A stretch of 64,000 bases of DNA from Trichomonas gallinae (taxonomy: Eukaryota): positions 1 through 64,000 of the forward strand of contig MRSU01000563.1 in NCBI GenBank assembly GCA_008369845.1. The letters are read 5' to 3'. Under the pieces are notes generated by a model that worked only from the letters and a program-made list of their open reading frames with translations, did no database searches and had not been told where the DNA came from. Made by a program: the position numbers and the translations under genes. Shown here one piece after another: positions 52,956 through 64,000 of this stretch; positions within the stretch are counted from its first letter, which is position 1, and every line of letters begins with the position of its first letter.

Positions 52956-54113
52956 TCATGCAATATAACATATTCCACTCCTTCTTCTTGTAACTGTGTG
53001 GTGAACAATGGATCTGTCTTCATATTCATAATCCCAATCATATTTCTCCCAATCTTTATAAATGTAACTACAATCAAAATCTCTTATAACTTCGCGTCTT
53101 AATTTCCATTTTTTGTAAACATATGAGTATTCTGTGGTGCGATCAAGTTCTCTTTTTGTTTTGTATTCATACATAACAAATGTTCATGAACAGTCATATT
53201 CTCTCTATCTGTTCGTTGATGTCCATCCGGATTCATATATGTTTCTCATTAATTTATGATTGTATGTGACTGTTCTGTATTTGTCGTAATAGACTTTATA
53301 GCGATTATCACCACTATACTCATAGTGATCAAATATATTATTTTGCCACTTTGTTTTATCCTCTTCGAGTAACTCTTCATAGGAACAAGTTGTTCTCCAA
53401 TTCGAGTACTGGCGCTGATTTCCATTTTTTGTTCCCATCTTTTCTGATCCCTTGGAAATATCCGTACTGTCTCTCTGTTTCTTCTTTGAATACATATAGC
53501 GCGTCGTAGACTTCCTTCGTTAAGAGAACTGACTTATTAAGGACGAAATTACGAAGTCTTTCGAGCTCATTGGCCATTTCTGGTTTATGCATCTTGCGTG
53601 TCTCAATGAAAAACATTGGAATGTCTGGGACACTCGCTGCACCTGAAATCTTCTTCAAGAATTCCTTTGCTTCATTGTTGTACAGAGTTTGCTTATCATT
53701 TCTGTCGCAGTTGCTCTGGCAGAATGTGAAGATGATACAAAAGTGTGACAAGATCTCATTTGTCTTGAATGTGTCATACAAGAATTTGATTTCATCCATA
53801 ACACCTTGGGCGAATCTGCACATCGTGTAAGGCTGAAAAACAGCGATTGCATTGACACCTGTCATGCAGCTTCGAAGGAAATTTCCTAGTCTTTGGGTCT
53901 GCACTTTGTGAATATTCTGGCCATCATTGAAACCCTCTGAGTCAATTGCAATAAGTTTCCTGCCATTAATCATGTTAGAAAATGATTCTGGATCTTTCGT
54001 GCAAGGTGTTGGAAGCTCTGATGTTGCAAAATGTTCAACACCCAAGAAACAATTCAGAACTGATGATTTCCGCATCCAGTGTTTCCGACAACAAATAGTG
54101 TTCCTGTGCTCAT
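52956..54113 (-). pseudogene. AIG1-like P-loop GTPase pseudogene ending in a CaaX box (CYIA)
   Basis: ATG at 54113 gives MSTGTLFVVGNTGCG, then a 1-nt frameshift to KSSVLN. Motifs PCTK, IDSEGFND, IIFT. A further frameshift near 53420 and in-frame stops near 53185-53207. Confidence 0.88.
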
Positions 54114-54184
54114 TAGTCTTAGACTACTGATTTGAGAAGTGAAGTTAAGATATTCAATGAATATTTGCTTTTAAAATAAAATTT

Positions 54185-54436
54185 CCACAAAATTGAACTA
54201 AAAATTTAGATTTCCGGCACAATTTTTCACTTTTTTACTGAAATCGTGATTCTCTTTAAAATGCATCTTTGATTTTTTTCATTGAAACAAAAGTGAATTT
54301 TGAATAACTGTGTTTGGAAGAATAAAAATACCACAAAATTGAACCAGGTACTCAAAAATGCCACAAAATTCTACCACATCATTTTTATATATATTTTTGG
54401 TTTGTATACAAGTATATATTGCTTTATTTTTTGTGG
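54185..54436. repeat. Dispersed CCACAAAATT repeats
   Basis: CCACAAAATTGAAC at 54185 and 54331, CCACAAAATT at 54361, inverted TTTTGTGG at 54429. Confidence 0.75.
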
Positions 54437-54486
54437 CAAATTTGTCTAAAATTCTGTTTCTGATACCCTTTTGAATTCAGTCTTGA

Positions 54487-54954
54487 GTTCACATTGACCA
54501 ACCTCGATTCTCTGACTGGATAACAATAAGAGAGTACACGAAAACAGTCACTGAAGTTAAAATTGAGGAGAGAAACAATCAGCACCATTCATTCGTGACA
54601 GAGAATGGAAACAAATTCGAAATTCTTGTTGATGAGCAGAGGACTGTTACATTAGATTACAAGACAGGCAAGAAGACCGAAGGCCCATGGGGAGAAGTCA
54701 ACAGGAGCAAAAAACTTGTTGCACAATCATCATATCATGAAGAAGTTATTGAATACACTGAATATTTTCCATGCGAAAGAGGCTACAAGCTCGTGAAATG
54801 CAAAAAGAGGAGACAAATTCGTACTGATCCAGATGGAAATGTCAGTTATGGTGAATGGGAAGAAGTCTCTGGATCAAGAAATGAAGAGACAGTTAACATG
54901 CAGCCAAGAGTTGTCAAAAAAGTAATCGTCAAAAGAAGTTGCAATATTGCATAA
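54487..54954 (+). pseudogene. Start-less C-terminal fragment of an AIG1-like gene ending in CaaX (CNIA)
   Basis: Frame open from 54487, with no ATG until near its end. Repeat units (R..TD.DG..SYGEW, FSDW, EGPW) resemble the tail of the adjacent pseudogene. Confidence 0.7.
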
Positions 54955-57900
54955 AGTTAAAAATTTTTGCATTTAGTTAATTTTATTTAACTTAGATCTA
55001 ACCTAGGTTTGACAGGAAAAGTCGTCAATTTGAATTTAAAGTGAATTGAGTCGTAAATAATCGTTTGTTATGTAAACACTTATAACATTAACAACAATTC
55101 CGCACAAAACAGTGAATGCTGTGACTGCCAAGCTATATGAATTCAATATGAGTCTTTTTATAACTAAATTATTTTAAAAAAAAAAACTAAAAGTATAAAG
55201 CTGCTCCTGACTGAATCTAAGACTTTGATTGCATTTATAGCTAATAATACCAAAGCAGACATAATTTTCGTTTAAAAATATTCTGCAAAAATATTTAATT
55301 TTTTAAACAATAAATGAGCTCATCATATTAATCCTAAATGATAGATAATATGCATTGCATCGTGCTTATTGATCTAATACAAGTCAAATAAAGAAAAAAT
55401 TCAATTTTGAGGAAACAGAAATGTTCTGTTCTTTGAAACTGAAGCTAAAGATGCTTGAATTCATTCCATTATTTTAATCAGGTTCAAATTAACAACATCT
55501 GATTCATAACAGAGAATAAAAGTTCATTTTATTGGATTATCACATTCTTTACTTAGAAAATTGTTATTGTGATGGTTCTAGAAACTGTGGTTGACCGAAG
55601 AGAAAAACTGTAATGATGAATCAGACAATAGACGCCAATGATAAAATTTTGTCTTGATACAGTTGGAAATTAAAAGCTTGTATCCTATGTAGTGTAATTA
55701 TAAGCTAAAAGAGCGTTAACGTAGGATTTAATATATCGTGAATTTTTGAAGGACGGATTCAATGGATTCCCTTTTTCATATGCAATGCATATATCATAAA
55801 TATATGAATTGTTGAATATAATGGGCATAAATCGTCTTAATATATCCTGCCCATAATTTTATAATGATATATGCCTGTATAACCCATACCGGTGCATGAC
55901 TGGTGTGTTGTCTATGCAGGCATAGTTGAGTTCTTTCATTAATAGGCATTTCATTATTATTTCCGAAATTAAAGTTCTCACAGTCAACAAATTTCGCGTG
56001 TATTGGTTCATTTTAGACCGAAATAGAACTGTGGATGGTCTTAAAATCGGAATATTTCGATTTTTACTGAAATTATGCCAAAATTGCTTTTAGTGGAAAC
56101 AGCTTCACTTTGAAAGAGTGATGCATTAATTTCGGAATAACTAGCGTATTGTTTGATTAATGATCGCTCAAATTTTCATTTTGAAAATTTGATAATTGAT
56201 TTCGAATCGATAATTGTGTATTCACTTTGTAAATCCATTATATACTTGATGGATACTGTTTACATTCAGTTATTATTCTGATAATATTCGTTTTCTTGAA
56301 AATATATAATTTGATCATCAATTTTCAACGCAAGTCATGATTTGAAACTTGCATATCTAAATCTTATCATGAATATTAGTTGATCAATCAGTTAAAACTC
56401 GTTTAATAGAGTATTAATATGATATTGTTTAATAAATTGAACTATATCAGTGTTTACTCAGCATAACTACTGATAATGTATCAATTAAAAGCAATATATT
56501 GTGTCAAGCGCTTGATAACACAGGAGCTTCAATCACGAATCACTTTAAAGAACTTTATGCACGTAAAATAAACGCACATGCGTGTATAATCATTATTGGT
56601 TTATTCTAGAGATGTATCATCTGTGTTTATACGCAAGCGCCGTGTAAATGCTCATCAAATCTTTTCTGAGAAAAATGATTTTCTCATATTTGAGAACAAA
56701 ATCATCATATAACAGCTCACAAATACCCACAGAGGCTGTTGGCACTGTTAAAATTAAGTCATGAAGAATGTAAAGAAATTAAAAATCGTTCACATTTTGT
56801 AGTCCTTTTAAACGTGAAATATAGGCCCTCCAGAGTATTTCATGCTGTTTTCCCTTGGAAAAGGCGGACCTTTTGTCGCTGGAAAAGATTTTATTCATTT
56901 TATTCTCGAATAAAATCAGTTTTTGTTCTTGTTTTTCTTGCTTCCGCTTCTTACAAAAAAGTCTGGGGTGGAAAGATAGACTCACAGAACTGTAATGCAT
57001 GTCGTGGTAATATTTAACACGCTCAAACACAAAAGTTGATAAATTCGAAGAAACAAAATTATATAGAGAATTGGGGTTTTGGCATAGAATTTCGATATAG
57101 ATTCTTTAGATTAGTTGTTTGGCTCAAGAAAAGTTCTTAGTTTTGTTAATTTATAAAATCTATTATAAAATTCTGAACAAAAGCTATTTATATTGATGAC
57201 AAACGGAAGCCTAAACAAGCTCTAATATAATTCAGTGGCCAACTAAAACTAACGCTGTAAAATTTAAAATTAAAATAATTTGATGGACATTGTGCCCATA
57301 TTTAAGTCCATAAATAGATTGATAAATCTGACTTTAAGAAGATGGCAATAGTATAACAGCTCAATTCCACAATATTGAATTAAGAATTTCTCCATATAAC
57401 ACGTTAATTCGAACGCTAACTCATATATATAATAAGAAATCTAATGCTAGGCAAACGATGATGTTTTCATCGATAAACTCGTAAATCAAAAAAGCTGACA
57501 CACATTTGAGAATACTTGTTTTTTAACGGGAATCGATAAACCATTAATTATGAAATGCGTAGTTGTTACAGATTTATTAAGTTTTGAGGGTAAAAAATAA
57601 TGTCTACTCGTGTTTGTCCGTAAAAAAATTTATATATCTTTTGAGAAAATTAAACAAACTATAATGTATAATCACCAGTCGTCAAGAATTAAAAGAATAA
57701 TAGAATTGAGAACCATACTTTTTGAATGAACGGCAGTAAACGTGACACCCAATTTTCTGAGGCAATTATTATAATTTTGATAGTTTTGATTGCTGCTACA
57801 TAATGCCGATTTTTGATCATAAAACAAATTATAAAATTGAAAGAAGGGTATTCAATCATCATAAAAGTGATTTTTTAACTCAAAAGTCGATTGAGAGGCA

Positions 57901-58402
57901 AAATAGGTTTTATGGATTTTTCAAGCTTTTCTGCCGTGGCTTTTGTCTATCTGCCTAATTACACATTACGAAAACCATTGGGCTGCATGTGTTTTGATTT
58001 TGGCAAGTTTATGTAAAAAATATCTCTGTTATGACTGTTTGGTCCTACTTTTGAGGGATTTCATTATTGAATATGTGTTATTTAACTAAATACTATTATG
58101 AAAATGTAAACAAAATATAGTGTTTCTCCTTATGATTCTTTAATATATCACTTCGAAATATCACGTTTAAGTGGTATAACTCGCATGGTTTATAATTAAA
58201 AGTCATAATAACATCATTGTTATGAGTTAAATGCATATAAATAGATCAGAAAGAAATAAAATTTTGGCTAATTTGTTGTTTTGGGGTGGATTAAGGGAGA
58301 ACGTGGTGTGTTATGAGGTTTGAATGAATGTAAGAATATTGAAATAGAAGATAAGTACAACAAAGCTTGGTTTTTACAAATAATTCAATGGTAAAACAAA
58401 AT

Positions 58403-59224
58403 TCAATGAAGCCAGAAAGAAGAATCAAACAAGGATTCTGACTTAAACGCATCGTACTGGGAAGCCATTAGAGGAATTTGATCATCTAATTTCAATTCCT
58501 GAGGGATCATATAGACATCGTGCTGAGCAGCAGATGTAAAAATAAGAGGGTCTGAGACGATGTTAATTGGCTCAGAGTGTTCTTCCTCAACAGATTCCTC
58601 CTTCGGGCTGGAATCCTCCGATTTTTCCATCTTAGACTGTATTAAGTGACTTTTTGGAATCTGTTGGTAGCGATATCTGCACTGGACATCACTTCTGTTG
58701 CCCATTTTGGCCGAAACTTTAGCCCATGATTTTTCGCCATAAAGTAAAACTAAATCGATAAGCTTCTGAACTTCTTCTTTTGTCCAGTTAGCCTTCGAAA
58801 TTCTTGGATCGAGGACACGAATCCAGCGCTGGCTGCACTGTGAGCGTGTTCTTCCATTGCCGACGTATTGTGCAACTTCATTCCAATTCTCGAGTCCAAG
58901 CTTGTGGATTGCCTTGAGGAGTCTAATATCCTCGGAGTTTGTCCACGTTCTTGTCTTTCTTCTTGAATTAGATGATCCTTTCTCTACTACGGGTGAGGGT
59001 GGGATAGGCTCATCTTCCACGTCGAGAATTGACTTGAGTTTCTCAATCGCCTGGGCATTCTCCACGAACTGTAAAAGTCTTTCTCTGTAGACAACATAAT
59101 CAATTGGGTTGTAGATGAAATCCTGGAAGATCTTTTTAATCTCCTCGATGCTTGTCTGGCTCAAGGTGGCCGTGTTATCCTGGATATAGGACATGGCAAC
59201 GTCAACCAATGGGTCATAGTTCAT
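58403..59224 (-). CDS. R2R3 Myb transcription factor
   Basis: WTNSED..W..GRTRSQCSQRW, WTKEE..W..RSDVQCRYRY. Confidence 0.95.
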   Translation of the reverse strand: MNYDPLVDVAMSYIQDNTATLSQTSIEEIKKIFQDFIYNPIDYVVYRERLLQFVENAQAIEKLKSILDVEDEPIPPSPVVEKGSSNSRRKTRTWTNSEDIRLLKAIHKLGLENWNEVAQYVGNGRTRSQCSQRWIRVLDPRISKANWTKEEVQKLIDLVLLYGEKSWAKVSAKMGNRSDVQCRYRYQQIPKSHLIQSKMEKSEDSSPKEESVEEEHSEPINIVSDPLIFTSAAQHDVYMIPQELKLDDQIPLMASQYDAFKSESLFDSSFWLH

Positions 59225-60880
59225 TTTTGAAAAATGATATCAAATGTTAAAACTTTTGAGAAGATTGAGACTCAACTTTGAATCAAACTTCCTTCAATTA
59301 TATCGCGTTGGTATATATGAGTCCTATGATAAAATTCCAGAGAATTTGGCTCAAAGTTTTGTATTGAAAAAAGAAAAATAATTATCACAAATGTTGATCG
59401 GCATTAACTTGATCAAATATTCGATGCAGTACACGTATTAATATTTACGAAAAATGGTTAATCATGTCAATTAACGTTTTAAATGTTCTAAATTAGTTCA
59501 ACTTGATTTTGGGATATTTAACCTTCGATTTGTCTTTCTGATGTGTGGTCTTAAAAAGGATTTGTGTATATTTTTACGATAGCTTTACACAATTCATCTC
59601 TTTTTTTCTTAGTTGATCAAATGTGCAGCAGAAATTAACAATTTAACATATGTTTTAGATATGGATACAGTATTTATCAAGTTGGTATAAAAAATTATCG
59701 ATTATTTTTTTATATGCCATTATTCCTAATACAATATATTGGATCATTTTCTGTCTGAATATCGATCTTTTCAATTTTTATTGTTGGCTCAATTTTTTTA
59801 ATCAATTTTGTTAATCTTTGATCAGGTGAAGAAATCATATATTGCGTGTCAATATATCGATATGCAACAAATAATCGATTTTCAAGGAAAAAATTGGAAA
59901 TGGAACTTTTTTGATATTTAACCTTATACTAAAGCATATAATTCGTATTTTATAATCTTTCCCCACAAAACTGCTTTTTGTTAATGTACAATTTTCTGAA
60001 AGGTCTGAAGATGAAAAATGCATAATATGTATTGCAGCATTAAAATATTCAAAATCATTTAAAGTAGTTTTGAGTATAAAAATTAATAAGAAGCTGATGG
60101 GAGCAATGTATTTGTTTCATGTCACCCATTGCTATGATGTTTATTATGTTTTTACAAAGTTATGCCCATCTGTATTTTTTTCGAAAGTCCCCATCATTAT
60201 ATTTTATAAGATAATTTGTAAGAGACAGGCGTGTATCTTCTATAAATCAGTCTGATGAGACAGTTGGTCTGGTTGGCAATGTTTTGAAACAAGACAATCC
60301 ATTAACTGTAAAATTACTTCTTTTTGTTGTCATCAGAACGCTATAGATGGGCTAATTAGAACATTCATTTATTTAATTCAAATTAACCTAACTAGCAAAA
60401 ATGAATCTTGGAAAATTTCGATTCGTGATTAAGATCTGCGGTTTGGTATAGGCCTGAAATGAGTAACTGTTCATATTTCTGATTGAAACCATTGGTAAAT
60501 CATTGAATTATACTCGTATTGTTTGATTAAATTTCTTATTAAGTGTCATCAATCTTTGTATTTCTAGATTTTCAATCTATAAAATGTATATAGATTAAAT
60601 ATAGTTTAATTTTTAAATCAAACACTGTAATATTTTTATTCAATTTTTCGGTAAAACAAAAACTCATTTTAATGCGAAAATCATAATATATACAATTATT
60701 ATATCATTTTCGTAAGGGTTACAACTTTTGAGATGTTAAACTATTCACATTGTCATTGTTATTTCATTTCCTTAATTGTCTTTATCTATAGAATAAATTC
60801 TCATCATTAATAGATATTTATATAGATGTTTTTTTGGATTGGAATTTTTATATGATATTTATAGAAATATAGGATATATT

Positions 60881-62065
60881 TTATTTCTTTGCGAGCTCTT
60901 CTTTCATTGTGTTGAAGCCCTTGACAATTCTCTTGCATCCTTCGATTAAATTATTTTCTTCAGCTGAGAAGCAGAGTCTGAACCATCCTGGTGTCTTGCA
61001 CTGGAATCCGAGTGCGCCTGGCAAAATCATGATATCGAATCTGTCCATGAAATCTAAATAAACTTTCATTTCTTCTTCTGTGTTGTGAACGATTTCCGTC
61101 ATATCCAGCATGATAAAGAGTGAAGCTGGATACTTCTTATATGGAACTTTGCCTTCTTCGAAAATTTTAATTGCCTGATTTTCGCGTTCAATGAGTCTCT
61201 GCTTTGTTTCGCGGATCATTTTGTCCCTGAGCTCGTAGTTGCAGAAGATCTTCTCTAAAAAGTTCTTTGTGTCTGAAGGCAAAGCATATCTGCCGGAGAC
61301 TTCGGACATGGCCTTGAAGACGTCATTGTTCTTTGTGTAGAAGACTCCGACGTGGAGACCTGCGAGTCCCCAGTCCTTAGAGACGCCGTAGAGGTGGTGT
61401 GTTCTCATTGGGTCGGCCTCTGGGTGCTCGAACATTGAGACAAAGTTAGAACCATCGCGAACAGATAATGCGTAAACTTCGTCAACGAGAACGTGTAAGT
61501 TTGGATTCTTCTTTGCCCATTTGAAGACTTTGTCTTGATCTGGGATGATGTCGCCCTCTGGGTTTCCTGGATTCGTTAACAATAAAATTCTTGCATCTGC
61601 TGGAGGCTCGTCTGGGAGATTTTCGAGGTCGATGTAGTCGAAGATTGCGCCAGATGACTTCATATCTGGTTCGAAGAATGAATAGCATGGCTTTGGGATC
61701 ATAATTCTGTCTCCTGGCTCACAAAAAACAAGAGCGCAAATTTCAACAAGGTAAGCGATGCCACTTCCGAACATTATTCTGGATGGGTCGACATTCTTCA
61801 TGCCAAAGTGCTTCTCGTAGAGATCTGCAAATGCTTTTGTCAAATTTTGCTTTGAGAAAGCGCCCATGTATGTGAAATCGACGTTCTTGTAGTCAGAACG
61901 ATCTGCCATTAACGGTTTCAAGAAATCATAGAGTAAATGATTTTCAGCTGTTGCGAGATTAATAACTTCATTAATTCTGGCCTGATATTTCATCCATCCT
62001 TCCATGATAGGCGAAGGCTTCTTGTTCATAAGTCTCTGAACATAAGCAGTTGGCTTGTAACTCAT
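60881..62065 (-). CDS. PLP-dependent class I/II aminotransferase, ACC-synthase-like
   Basis: INLATAENHL, TNPGNPEG, DEVYA, SKDWGLAG (PLP lysine), PGWFRLCF. Confidence 0.92.
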   Translation of the reverse strand: MSYKPTAYVQRLMNKKPSPIMEGWMKYQARINEVINLATAENHLLYDFLKPLMADRSDYKNVDFTYMGAFSKQNLTKAFADLYEKHFGMKNVDPSRIMFGSGIAYLVEICALVFCEPGDRIMIPKPCYSFFEPDMKSSGAIFDYIDLENLPDEPPADARILLLTNPGNPEGDIIPDQDKVFKWAKKNPNLHVLVDEVYALSVRDGSNFVSMFEHPEADPMRTHHLYGVSKDWGLAGLHVGVFYTKNNDVFKAMSEVSGRYALPSDTKNFLEKIFCNYELRDKMIRETKQRLIERENQAIKIFEEGKVPYKKYPASLFIMLDMTEIVHNTEEEMKVYLDFMDRFDIMILPGALGFQCKTPGWFRLCFSAEENNLIEGCKRIVKGFNTMKEELAKK

Positions 62066-62618
62066 TATAAATAATTAGCCGTCAGAATTTTTTGTGAGAT
62101 ATTGATTTGTTATTGAGTATAAACCAAATATCAAAATTATATTAATTTTTTTGCTCTTATTCGTAAACTATTCAAAATGATTATATTTTGACATGTAAAT
62201 CTTCCAATTGCTATTATTTAATTTTGGCATCAATATTAAGCCTAATGTTCATATCTAAAAGTCAATATTCTAGCGATGAGAAAAAATGGTAACAAAAGAA
62301 ATCCATACTTATAGAAGTTTTTTCAAAATTTTATTTTTCTTATCAAAAAATGCGATTTTCTTTAATAATAAATCGATTAAATGACATTTTATATAATAGA
62401 ATCTATTTGATTATAGTTTTTAGATGATTTGGCATGCTAGAATTTGTGAAATGTACATTTTTTAATGAAAAAATTTTTGATAAATACAAAAATTACGAAT
62501 AAAATCAAAAAATATTTTTGAAATCATGAAGTAGAAGGGAAATAGTGTGTATATATGAACAAGTAAAGGGATGAAAGAATATTTGACATGTAAATTTAAT
62601 TTATTTGTCATTTGCATT

Positions 62619-64000
62619 ATGAGTGAAGAGAAACCGATTCCTACGAATGTTGTCGTCAAGTCAGAAGGAATTGATCCGTATAAGTTTATGATTGCGAACC
62701 TGAGCCCAGTGGAGCTGGCAGAATCAGTCCAAAACGATCCTACGCTTTGCTGGTTCACGAATTGCAGCATTGTCACTAAATCCGGCCAAGTTACAACAAC
62801 ATCCAACCTCAAGATCGACCTTGAGAACGATATTTTGAACGCAACAATAAACGTTAAAGAATTTAATGAAAATGATGCCTTAAATCACGCACAGTTGTTC
62901 GCTAGGATCGTTTTTTCGATGACTACAATGCGAAACTGCATTGATGCGAAGCAGACAGTCATCGGTTGGCTTATTCAAAATTATTCCAAGGAATTAAAGC
63001 AGATTCCTTCGCTTTCGGAGATATCAGGCATCTACCCATCCAACTACCTCGCCCCCAACACAAAAGAAATTGTCAAATTCTTCGATTTGTCGAATAATCA
63101 ACCGACCATCGCCGAAAGGATTGAAGGAATCCTCATGAAATTCACGCTGAAGACAATGGAGAACAAGGAGTTTACAATCTGCGCTGTACCGGCCGGTTTT
63201 TACGTAAATCCAGAGAAAATTTACAAATCTTTGCATCTTCTCGTTTCTTCGCTTTCTCACACTTTCAGAGACAACTACGTGTCCATTTCGAAGCGTTGGT
63301 GTGATCTTCAGTCGATAGAACGCCGCAGCTTCAATAATCCGACATTCCAAAATTTAACTTTCTTCCCAGGCAACGACGCGTCACAAAACGACCAAACTTT
63401 ACATTTGTTCGACCAGGAGGTTGAAGCGGTTATGGGTAACATTGATGATGTCATTGAATCTCTTCCAAAAGATAATTTTCACGACATTTACGTCGCTAAA
63501 GTCGAAAGAGCCTTCATAAGGAACTCAATTGAGGGCATCATCAACATTAAACGCGGTTTAATCCCTCCAATGAACGAAATCGGATCATATTATTACCACG
63601 ACTTGTTTATTGCTCCTTTGGCCGCTTTGCTTCCTTTCTACGAGATGAAAGGCGGTGTTGACTCAATCCACAGAACAATTGCAAACGATATTCACACTTA
63701 TCCAATTATTAAATCCTTGGATTCTAAATTTAGAGTCTGCAGATGCCTTGTTATCGACTACTTCAACGAAAGATGGTTCGTTCAGTGCCTCGTTCCAGGC
63801 CTAATCTACGGAAAAGCACAAATTGTTCACGGATATGACACAGAAAATCGCGCAATTTACAACAGAAACAAAGAATTCGACGATTTCTTCAAAGAAAATG
63901 CTGAAAAACTCGGAATTTCGCCTTCAAAAGTCAAATCTACGAACGAAGAAATTTATTCTGCTTCAGATGCAAGCGGAGTCATAGGATCTGACGGCAACAA
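62619..64000 (+). CDS. CLU1: CLU1/TIF31 (clustered mitochondria, CLUH) homolog, 3'-truncated by the window edge
   Basis: Hand-translated (start, middle and end) from ATG 62619, with TCATT just upstream: MSEEKPIPT...; CLU-like motifs KTMENKEFTICAVPAGFYVN, LVIDYFNERWFVQCLVPGLI, DASGVIGSDG. Absent from the ORF track, presumably because no stop falls in the window. Confidence 0.85.
   Translation, partial: MSEEKPIPTNVVVKSEGIDPYKFMIANLSPVELAESVQNDPTLCWFTNCSIVTKSGQVTTTSNLKIDLENDILNATINVKEFNENDALNHAQLFARIVFSMTTMRNCIDAKQTVIGWLIQNYSKELKQIPSLSEISGIYPSNYLAPNTKEIVKFFDLSNNQPTIAERIEGILMKFTLKTMENKEFTICAVPAGFYVNPEKIYKSLHLLVSSLSHTFRDNYVSISKRWCDLQSIERRSFNNPTFQNLTFFPGNDASQNDQTLHLFDQEVEAVMGNIDDVIESLPKDNFHDIYVAKVERAFIRNSIEGIINIKRGLIPPMNEIGSYYYHDLFIAPLAALLPFYEMKGGVDSIHRTIANDIHTYPIIKSLDSKFRVCRCLVIDYFNERWFVQCLVPGLIYGKAQIVHGYDTENRAIYNRNKEFDDFFKENAEKLGISPSKVKSTNEEIYSASDASGVIGSDGN

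Noticed and set aside
55000..58400. 3.4-kb gene-free stretch with short ORFs (56739-57030) and small hairpins; considered as a transposon relic or ncRNA
   Set aside because: No transposase motifs, terminal repeats or recognisable RNA family by eye; would need BLASTX/Infernal.
29849..59224. Four Myb genes plus a bZIP as a special regulatory cluster
   Set aside because: Myb genes are hugely expanded in trichomonads, and these copies are dispersed and dissimilar.
60252..60290. CTGATGA...GAAAC resembling a hammerhead ribozyme core
   Set aside because: Stem II does not close next to GAAA, and I could not form stems I/III with a cleavage triplet.
1059..63350. Numerous short antisense or alternate-frame ORFs in the track that overlap long CDSs
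   Set aside because: Shadow ORFs of the real genes; most start at TTG/GTG and carry no motifs.

Overview
This is a very AT-rich eukaryotic window with no introns I could support. The gene content points to a trichomonad (Trichomonas-like parabasalid): BspA LRR, several Myb genes, a DUF3447/ankyrin protein, a transmembrane cyclase, and TCAYT initiator motifs just before ATGs. The organism is inferred, not given. The window contains a tRNA-Val(GAC), about 22 apparently intact or near-intact CDSs and several pseudogenes or fragments (alpha-amylase, AIG1-like GTPase, a beta-helix paralog). One CDS, a CLU1/TIF31 homolog, runs off the right edge and is absent from the ORF track. Most notable observations: (1) a Cys-(x)-Thr + hydrophobic C-terminal tail shared by four proteins from two unrelated surface families; (2) a ZNFX1-type helicase with a remodelled C-terminal zinc finger; (3) a recurring intergenic motif TGNCATGTAAA; (4) a five-member uncharacterised WxDY[YF] family; (5) a BEACH-architecture protein with a vestigial BEACH domain; (6) a bacterial-type amylase head-to-head with a dead amylase of another type; (7) three otherwise open ORFs lacking an N-terminal ATG. 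All homology calls come from motif recognition by eye; no searches were run.
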